The position numbers were made by a program, and so were the translations under genes. The notes below the pieces were generated by a model, which was not told the origin of the DNA, did no database searches, and saw nothing but the letters and a program-made list of their open reading frames with translations. A stretch of DNA of 63,979 nucleotides, filler included, from Kipferlia bialata (lineage: Eukaryota), in the NCBI GenBank assembly GCA_003568945.1. It is 4 parts of 4 records of this genome, joined end to end, with 100 filler letters (N's around TTAATTAATTAA, not from the genome) between each part and the next. Parts side by side here need not be neighbours in the genome. Positions count along the whole stretch, not along the records: positions 39,047 to 58,450 come from BDIP01000426.1; positions 58,551 to 63,979 come from BDIP01000480.1; 2 more parts are not named here. One strand, 5' to 3'. Shown here piece by piece: positions 54,801 to 63,979 of the stretch. Every line of letters starts with the position of its first letter. Within the stretch, counting starts at the first letter, position 1.

Positions 54801-56251
54801 TCAGATCAGGTCCCGGCTCTCCTCATCAGAGACACTCTCTGCCACTCTCTCTCCCACTCTCTCTCCCTCTCTCTCTCCCTCGTCGCCTTCTGGACCAGAG
54901 GCAGGAGGCGCCTCCCTCTCCCTCTCCCCCTCTCCCTCCACTGGGGTGTCTCCTGCCCCATCTACTTGGACCTCCTCTCTCTCTCCCTCTCTCTCTCTCT
55001 CAGCCTCTGCCTCAGCCTCTGCCTCTGCCTCTGGTTCAGAGGGTGGCCGTCTCTTTGTGCCCCTCTTGACAAGTCTGCGTCTCTTGCGCACCTTGGGCCG
55101 CTCTACTCTCTCCCTCGCCCTCTCTCTCTCCTGGGGTTGGAGACATAGCTAGGTAGAGACAGCAGTATATACTCATATATATATACTCATATATGTGTGT
55201 GTATGTCCATATATATATACCTTAGCAGTGGGTGATCCCAGGGGTCCCTCGTCGTCAGATGTCTCAATGTCCTCGGGTAGGTCATCCCGCCATGCCCGCT
55301 CCTCCTCCTCCTCCACTCTCCGCCTCTCCTCTGCCCTCTCTCTCTCCCTCTGCTCCTCCTGCTCATCTACCTGATATTAGTACATATATACATATATATA
55401 TACTATACTATATATACTATATATACTATATACTATATATATACTGTGTGCTTGTATCTAAATAGACTACTCTCTCCCTCTGCTCATCTACCTGAGGGTG
55501 AGAGGGTATTAGTACATGATTATATCTGAGTGATAGAGGTATAGAGATATATTGCGTATGCAGTATACTGTGTGCTAGCACCACCCACACTAATGAGGTC
55601 GTTACACATATACATATAAATATAAATATATATACAGACAGCGGTGTATATAGTATAACGTAGTCCCACTCACAGTGATTAGGTCGTCCTCCACACTCTT
55701 GAGCTTCAGGTACACGGACTCCAGGAAGCCTGAGAAGGCAGTGAGGGGTATCTGCACGATGCTGGTGTCCAGGACGTTGTTCACAAGACTATCCCTGGAT
55801 ATGAGAATATATAAATATATATATAGAGAGAGAGAGAGAGAGATAGACAAGACTGCTCCCAGGATATGAGAATACAGAGGTTTAGATATATAATAGATAG
55901 ATATAATGGAGAGAGATGTTGACAACACTGCCCCTGGGGGTTGGATACTAATAAATAGGTAATAGGGAGATATAGAGACATAGAGAAGAGGGGGGAAGAG
56001 AGGCCTTGGTAGTACGTAAACGGCATATGCACTATATGTAGAGAGTAAATGAGTACAATACATGATATCCACCCCATCTAGCATCAGAGGTCTTAGTACG
56101 TATAGGGTACTCACTCAATACAGAGTATATAACACTATATCCACCCCACCTGGCGTCTGATGCCTTGGCGGCCTCTCTAAAGACAGGCCCAAACTGGAGT
56201 CGCAACTCCTGGTTGTGTGTCTCAGTGACCCTGGGGATCAGAGACACATAC

Positions 56252-56291
<40 letters not shown>

Positions 56292-57185
56292 GTAGTGATA
56301 AATAGAGCCATACATATAGCATTAAAGGACGCTATCCATACACTAAATGTACCTGTCCCCATCCAGCGTGACCACCTCAATGTAAGATATATACATGTAT
56401 TAATAATGTATTAATTCATATAATGCTAATTGTATATATATGTATACATATATTAACATATCTATATATAATTATTACCTGTCCCAATCCCGTATGTCCA
56501 CCTCAATGTAATATATATATATATATATATAGGGTACCACTATATATATGGTATATTAATATATATACATATATGGTATATGTATACTATGTACCTGTCC
56601 CAATCCCGTGTGTCCACCTCAATGTAATATATATATATATGGTACCACTATATATATGGTATATTAATATATATACATATATGGTATATCTATACAATGT
56701 ACCTGTCCCCATCCCGTGTGTCCACCTCAATGTAAGATATATATATATATATATATATATATACATGCTACTACTATATACATGATATATATATATATAT
56801 ATATACCTGTCCCCGTCCCGTGTGTCCACCTCAATGTGCCTCTCCAGCTGGTAGATGGGGGCATAGCCTGGGGTGAGGGTATATATACTATATGTATACT
56901 ATATATATACTATATATATACTATATAGTGGGAGTTAGACTGGGATGCAGTTGACACATGTAATGCATCCACCTGTAATGTATCAAACTAGATGACCTAA
57001 ATGAATGTATGTATGCATGTACCTAGCACCGTTGTATCAGTATCAGTATCAGTATATATATGTGTGTGTGCACGTACCTAGCACCGTAGTGGTGTGGTCT
57101 GAGTCCGTTGGTTTGTGCAGGACATTCAGGATGAAGGGAATGGGTCTCTTGCGGGTGGGGAAGGAGCCCTGGAATTAGATGGGAA

Positions 57186-57238
<53 letters not shown>

Positions 57239-58320
57239 CCAACCTGGATGAAGTCGAACAGCAGGTGTGCTATCTCTGCCATGCACTCAGGGTTGTTGAG
57301 CTCGGGGGGGAGGTTCTTGAGCTGGCAGTGCAGCAGGTTGCCTAGAATGAGATAGATAACTCAGTGCAAATGAAGGTTGCCAAGAGAGATAGAAGGATAA
57401 TATATAGATAAACTGATTATTATATAAAGAATAGATTATAAAGAATAGATTATTATATATAAAGAATAGAGAGAATGAATGGAGGTTCTTCAGCTGACAG
57501 TGCAGCAGGTTGCCTACACCGAATATAGAGACTATACAGACAAACATATATTGAATACATATATACCCACCTGCCATTCTGATTGAGTTGGACTCGATGA
57601 CACTGCCAACAACACACACACACCCACACACACATAAATATATATATATATACTTGTATTCATATATATATATACACAAATGGTACATATCGTATGTACA
57701 ACATATATACCTGCCATTCTGATTGAGTTGGTCTCAATGACACTGCCGACAACGTCAATGATACGACGGCGCAGCCTGAGGGGTCAGCGAAACAAGAGAT
57801 AAATGTCTATAAATACAGATGTATATATATACATATATGTCTATACTTAACAACATGGCGCAGCCTGAGAGGTCAGTTAAACAAGGCAAGTCGCATAATG
57901 GAGTTTGAAACATGAGTATATATAGACAACTACACTATATCTCTCTGCTACTGCCGCTGCCACGACTGATACATTTACATATATACAATATATATACATA
58001 TACAACTACACATTCATACATACTATATCATAGCATACCTCTCTGCGGCTGCTGTTGCCACTACTGGTATGACTATATAATATACACATTAATATACATA
58101 CCATGTATAGTATATATAATGAATACACATCTACCTCTCTGCCGCAGCTGTTGCCACGACTGGATACATATACATAACTACATAATTATTCAAACTATAC
58201 AATTGTACTACACACTATACCTCTCTGCTGCAGCTGTTGCCACCACTGGTATGACTGCCCCTGATATGTATCTGTCGTAGTCACCAGACATGATGGAGTA
58301 GGAACGGGCAGAGGTCAGGT
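54801..58320 (-). CDS. CDC45: Cell division control protein 45 (CMG helicase subunit), C-terminal half; 5' truncated
   Basis: AAAER|LRRRIIDVVGSVIETNSIRMA|GNLLHCQL..IAHLLFDFIQ|..PIPFILNV..TTTVL|GYAP..QFGPVFREAAKASDA|RDSLVNNVLDTSIVQIPLTAFSGFLESV parallels the CDC45 C-terminal pattern (FGxAFxxAA..FDxSxIEL..FLDAL), followed by an acidic/basic tail. Confidence 0.82.
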
Positions 58321-58322
58321 CT

Positions 58323-58354
<32 letters not shown>

Positions 58355-58396
58355 TGATGATGATGGAGTAGGAACGGGCTGGTCTGAGGTCTGACA

Positions 58397-58450
<54 letters not shown>

Positions 58451-58550
58451 NNNNNNNNNNNNNNNNNNNNNNNNNNNNNNNNNNNNNNNNNNNNTTAATT
58501 AATTAANNNNNNNNNNNNNNNNNNNNNNNNNNNNNNNNNNNNNNNNNNNN
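58451..58550. other. Artificial scaffold linker
   Basis: N44-TTAATTAATTAA-N44. Confidence 0.97.
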
Positions 58551-60742
58551 ATGATACAGCTCACACAGGTACAGTGCCCTCATCCCGTCTCTCTTCCTCC
58601 CCCCCCCCCCCCTTCCCACCCCACCGCCAGGGAGGACAGTCCACTGTCTTTCTCTTTCTCTCTCTCTCTATCTCTCTCTGTCCCTCCCCTCTGACCCCCA
58701 GGAGGGCATGGCCACCTCCCACTCCCAGATAGTCATGTCTGTCACCCACATGCATGAGAGCCACGTGGCAGCCATCCAGGCGTCCAAGGTATAGTATGTA
58801 CTCTACATACTATAGCCAACATATATACAGTCATCAAAGGTATCGATTACATATATACATCCATGGTTAGGTATTGGATGAACTGACCCCCCAGGATGCC
58901 CTGCATGCCTCCCATGCCAAGGTGGTGGCGGCACTCACAACGGCACACGGCAAGGAGGTACATAATATATCTGGTAGTATTGTATATTGATGCATGGGGG
59001 GGGGGGGTACTCTATATGATAGGGCGTCCCACTGTCTCACTCTAATGCTTAGTGCTGCTGCTCTACTGTATTCACCTAGAGAGCAACACTGCTGTATTCA
59101 TCCACTCTCCCCCACCCTAGGTCCAGGACTTGGATGAGAGACTGGCCTCCCTGACCACGGAGATAGACACACTCAAGATAGAGGTGGGTCTGTCCTTCTC
59201 TCTTTCTCTCTCTCTCCCTCTCTCTCCTTCTCCCTGTCTCTCTCTCCCCCTTACTGCCAGGTCCAGATGGGTGTGTCTGAGAGGGAGAGAGAGAGAAACC
59301 AGGCCAGACAGCAGCTGGAGGCCAAGCAGGCAGAGGCAGAGGCCGCGCAGGATCAGGTGGGTATATATAGATAACTTACATCTGTGTGGCGTATATATAT
59401 ACAGTTATTGGTCTTATAGAGACGCGTATGTTTGACCTCCAGTGCGGCACCCTTGCCGCCTCTCTCTCTGCCTCTGAGGCCGAGTGTGCCCGTCTGACTG
59501 CTCAGCTGCGAGATATCTCCATAGAGAGGGAGGCCAGCAGCGGGAGGGCCGACCAGCTGACCCAGCGACTGGCCGATGTGACTAGGGAGAGAGATGTCCT
59601 GGCAGAGACGCAGAGACAGAGCAGGCAGATGGTGGTGACCCTGCGGACAGACATGGCCCAGTGCCAACAGACTCTGAAGGTTAAGGAGGGTAGGCTGGGA
59701 GAGGCCATGATAGAGATAGAGGCATTGGGGGTGAGGGTCAGTGCCTTGGAGGCAGAGAGAGATGGGCTGGAGGCCAAGTGGACAGAGGAGCAGCAGAGGC
59801 GTGTACAGGCCGAGAGGGGTATGCAGGAGGAGGCGGCCAGGGGCAAGGCCCAGCAGAAGGAGTTTGAGGCTGAGCTAGCCCTGGAGAGAGACGCCTTCCG
59901 GGAGAGACTGAGGCTGGCCGAGGGAGGGGGCGCACAGGAGAGGGCGAAGCTGGAGGCGGCAGTTGCGACACTTAAGGCTGAGCTGGCCTCTGCTAAGGAT
60001 AAGCACCGGGAGCAGGAGTCCGCACACCAGGAGAGGATACGCATACTCTCTGAGCAGGTGCAGACACTGACTGAGAAGGTGCAGACACTGGGTGACAGGG
60101 TGAGGGAGAAGGAGAGAGAGAAGAAGGCCCTGGCCACACAGCTGGGGGAGGCCACTGCCTTGGGTATGGAGAGGGAGACACAGCTGGAGTCACTGGCTGG
60201 GGTGTCTGAGGACATGCGGCAGAGGCTGGAGGAGGCAGAGGCAGAGAGAGACGCACTCATGGGGCAGGTGCAGGGGCTGCAGACAGAGCTAGAGGAGGAG
60301 AGGGCCAAGGAACCAGCCCCTGCGGCTAACACGGGGGAGGAGGCCAAGCTCAATATGCAGGTATTGATGATATGTCCATGTTTGACATTGTGGTCATGCC
60401 TATATACATATATGTGTGTGTGTATGTGAGTATATTTTGGATGTATTTCAAGTATTCATTGATTTTGTTCAGCAAATTTACCCTCAGATCAACATTCTGA
60501 AACAGACTGTTAGGAAGGAGTGCCAGGAGAGGGCAGAGCTACTCAGATACGTATCCACCCTGAGGGCCCAGGTGGCTGAGCTGTCCCAGGGGGGTAGGAC
60601 CCCTGGGTCAGTTGGGGGTAGAGGGTCAGGGGCAGCCACCCCATCGTCAGAGGGAGAGAGAGAGAGAGAGAGGGAGAGGGAGAGAGACCGGCAGTACAAG
60701 GCACAGCGCAAAAGGGCACCGTCTAGGACCATCAGGCGGTAG
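58551..60742 (+). CDS. Long coiled-coil protein, LEKR1-like C-terminus; 5' truncated
   Basis: In-frame exons EGMATSHSQ..|DALHASH..|VQDLDERL..|VQMGVS..|CGTLAASL..KLNMQ|INILKQTVRKECQERAELL..RR*; E/Q/R/A heptads; LxxTVRxECxERxEL recalls LEKR1. Confidence 0.7.
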
Positions 60743-61824
60743 CACTGTTAGTGTTCCACCTCTGCACCCTTCTGGTGTGTAGTATGAAGGATACGCCACT
60801 GTCAGATGCATGCAGGTTACACGTTGGGGTTTCTCTGACATTGCTAACCTTGCCATAAGGTAGCTGAGAGACCTTGGATATCGATAAGCACTGGCGATAT
60901 GTAGATGGAGTTTGGTCCCCTGCCTCCGGTGTTCCACAGGGAGATACGTCACACGACTTGCTGCATGTATCCTTGACATGAGGAAGAGGCTGTTCTGCCC
61001 TACACTGTCAGACTACCCTATGTGGCTTGTGACATGTTCAGCTGGACACCTCTATGACAGGGCCCACCTGACATTCGAGGGAAGACATGCTTCAACAGAG
61101 TAATTATGTGTTACACACCTGTCTCTCTTATTACTGACAGCATACAACGCTATAAATAGCTTCATCATAGATCTAAATGGGCTAGACATCTCGACGGCAA
61201 AAATCTCTTATATAGACCCCTATTCGCGGCTCGTAAGTCAGTCAGGAGACTTCCCTCCTCTAGTCACCATAGGTAGGCTGTTTTTCAAGTAGAAGATCTC
61301 TTTTCTCACTTTGTTGTTAATATTTGTATGCCTTTGAGTGAAAGATTTTTCCTCAGGTCATGAGATGATGCATGTATATGGGGTCCTGTCTTGGATACTT
61401 GATTTTAGCCGTATTGGGCTCTTACCATATATATGCCGTATGCATAGTCTCTCTTATGCCTATACATGTTCCCTTTTTGGACGTGAAGTACTTGGATGCA
61501 CTCTACTGAGTCGTATGAACCCCCTCCCCCCCCCCTCCCCTTCCTCTATCAATTCTATTAACCATTCTTTCATGTCTCCTACGTTACTGTACCATTTCAT
61601 TCTCCGCTTTCCTTCCGTATACGTAGACACAACGCCAACACACTAATATATAGTGTTCATATGCATGTCCCCCCCCCCCCTAATCAGACTTCTCCCACTA
61701 GTACACAGAGCCACGTGCTATCCATGTCCCCAGTCAGACAGAACATCAATCTAACGCAAAATATGAAATATAGTATATATATATATAGATATATACAAGT
61801 TAATAATCTGATCTTAGGCTGAAG

Positions 61825-62775
61825 ATGGAGAGCTATCTGGTTCCCGAGGTTAGGGTGACTGAGCTGTCCAGTGGGTTTCTGGATAGCATGGACACCTCAG
61901 TATACATCGCCCTCAACCAGACACTCTGGGTGGGCAGCATTCACAGTGAGAAGAGGATGATAGCAGGCATCATAACCTACAACGATGATGGGACGCTGTC
62001 TTGTGAGAGTGTACCCGCACCTGACGTGTATCCCTCGCGCGAAGCGATATACGATTTCCCTTTCCGGCTCGCGGGCAGAATCGGGAGTGAGGTGTATGGA
62101 CTCAAGTTCCAGTTTAACCACCGATCCCAGAATTTTCGTCTTGACTCAGTGTGGGTGTTCTCACTTGACTCTCGAGTCTGGAGGGAGATGTGTCTTGATG
62201 GGCTTGTAAGGACGGTTGCCAGGTCAGATAGACTGCACTCTGTTGGCGTCATCTCAGAATCCATCTGGGTGTCATCGGATGGGTCAACTCCTGTTGTATA
62301 CACTCCTGAGACTGGAGAGGTTAGCAAAGTTCCAGCGCTGGAAAGGATACTAGACCACAACAAGTGGGGTGCCGGACTCTGGGGCCTGTGCTCTGACAGT
62401 ACCACATGGTATTGGAGCGGGTACAATGGGAGTACCGTCAACATCTGGTCCTACACCATACAACCAGATACCCTTACCACTAGTCCCTTCTTGACATCAA
62501 TGTCAGTCCCAGACTGTGAATACAGTGATAAGATTCCCATGGGATCTTGGGTGGTGTCCACAGACCGAGGGCATGTTGATATACTCTCCTGTATCTCAGG
62601 AGACACCTTCCGCCTCACAGACACGCTGCCATATATGTACTTACGACGCGTTCTGAAGTGTGTGCGTGTTGGTGAGAACTCTGTGGTCGTCAAGATTAAG
62701 GTTCTGGGTCGTGATGTGTCTAGACATGAACATACCTACCTGATTGATATCCATACGGTCTCCGCTGATCCTTAG
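61825..62775 (+). CDS. Intronless divergent kelch-like beta-propeller protein (316 aa)
   Basis: Clean ORF with no microsatellites; DDGTLSCESVPAP, GRIGSEVY, VWVFSLDSRVWRE resemble the spliced kelch-like gene at 19685-26857. Confidence 0.75.
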   Translation: MESYLVPEVRVTELSSGFLDSMDTSVYIALNQTLWVGSIHSEKRMIAGIITYNDDGTLSCESVPAPDVYPSREAIYDFPFRLAGRIGSEVYGLKFQFNHRSQNFRLDSVWVFSLDSRVWREMCLDGLVRTVARSDRLHSVGVISESIWVSSDGSTPVVYTPETGEVSKVPALERILDHNKWGAGLWGLCSDSTTWYWSGYNGSTVNIWSYTIQPDTLTTSPFLTSMSVPDCEYSDKIPMGSWVVSTDRGHVDILSCISGDTFRLTDTLPYMYLRRVLKCVRVGENSVVVKIKVLGRDVSRHEHTYLIDIHTVSADP

Positions 62776-63271
62776 AGTCATCCCAGTGAAGTAGAGAGTT
62801 GTTGCTTTCGTGCCAAAGAGTTCTTTGTATTATCACTAGCACTATTGTGTATCTGTGTTGCTACAGCAGTGTAGTATTGTGTTTGGAAAAGAGTATAGAA
62901 GTCCACTCCCCTGATCATACAATGTTGGGTGTAGAGCTTGAGTAGACGTTATAACTGTGTTGAGATAATGACTCAGATACACACTTATTGCAAGTGCACG
63001 AAGAGTTGATCTTAGTACCCGGAGAGGTAGTATGGAAGAGTAACCAGGACCCAGTGAGGTATTCAGTGTATATATACCACTCACTGCACTGCTATTGATA
63101 GTCCCAGTAAAAATACTTCCCTAATTATCCCTTGTCGATCCACTGTCTATACACTAATTGAATCACGTAATCCTACATCCATCTGCCTTGTGTGTTAGAC
63201 CTAATGGTACGCATGCCCTACTCTGTCTTGTATTAATGTATCTCAGACCACGGAGTCAAGGTTCTCTCTCC

Positions 63272-63945
63272 CTAGAACCCCATCCTCCCCCTTCCCCGTG
63301 GTGCTGTCTCTGTGCATGTCTCCCTGACCCCCTCTCTGTCCACTGTCAGCAGGAACGTGTCACCGTCATCCCCATCCACACCACAGTCTGCAACGACAAG
63401 CACGGTGTCTAGTGTGAGAGAGAGATAGAGACCGACAGAGAGAGAGAGAGAGAAAGAGAGTCAGCAACAGCTATCACGGTGGTCTGGTATGAGAGAGAGA
63501 GGGAGAGAGATAGAGTCAGCAATGACAAGCATAAAGTCTGGAGTAATAGAGGTCCTATATGCGAAGAGAGAAAGAGAGAGAGAGAGTGTGTAATGCGTTT
63601 GGCATCTAGGGTATGTAAAAGACAGATAGAGATAATAGACGAACTGAGATGGAGAGATAGAGGGCACCTGAGTTCAGCATGCATGAGCCATAGCGCTCGA
63701 AATAGCTCTCCCCACAGCTGTCGGTGGGGGTCTGCTCGAGCTTTCCCTGTGAGCCCCAGAGGTCTCTGAAGGTCAGACAAATGATAGGGTTGCAGGCTAT
63801 CACTGTATATATCATTGGATATTTCATATATACCGGGTGAGTGTATACCCTACCATACCTCACTGAGTCGTATCCCCAGACCCCAACCTCCTCCTGGATA
63901 GCCCCACACGCACCAAACACCAGCGAGATATATCCGCCTATGCCC
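63272..63945 (-). CDS. C-terminal three exons of a protein, probably the same kelch-like family; 5' part outside the window
   Basis: GIGGYISLVFGACG..VWGYDSV|RDLWG..YGSCMLNS|DTVLVVADCG..TFLLTVDREG..MGF* (TAG 63272-63274); phases are consistent. Confidence 0.6.
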
Positions 63946-63979
63946 TGGGGGTGAGAGGGGGGATGACGAAGCATAAAAC

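Noticed and set aside
11180..58280. Numerous 60-170 aa ORFs rich in YIYI, SLSL, ERER or THTH
   Set aside because: Translations of intronic microsatellites, sometimes overlapping one real exon.
1..63979. Transposons, tRNA or rRNA genes
   Set aside because: No transposase, reverse transcriptase, terminal repeats or recognisable RNA genes seen by eye; a covariance-model search would be needed to exclude small RNAs.

Overview
Eukaryotic, intron-dense, microsatellite-rich genomic DNA in the standard genetic code. Short exons, (TA)n/(CT)n-filled introns, a branch point almost fused to the 3' splice site and several divergent kelch-like genes suggest a free-living fornicate such as Kipferlia bialata (inference from style, not a search). 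The window is four unlinked scaffolds joined by artificial 100-nt N44-TTAATTAATTAA-N44 linkers (19429-19528, 38947-39046, 58451-58550). Manual splicing gives about 14 genes: a giant secreted Ig-like repeat protein, a YwqG/DUF1963-like protein, a PQ-loop transporter, three kelch-like propeller proteins, a BPI/LBP protein, a frameshifted ARM-like pseudogene, an unknown protein, a multi-pass membrane protein, a possible divergent HORMA protein, a ResIII/Irc3-type SF2 helicase, CDC45 and a LEKR1-like coiled-coil protein. Most ORFs in the supplied track are microsatellite artefacts. The most striking feature is pervasive 'exon echoes': many introns hold tandem imperfect copies of the adjacent exon end plus its splice site (up to about 10 decoys per intron), always on the intron side. 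Exon boundaries were read by eye and some internal junctions are unresolved.
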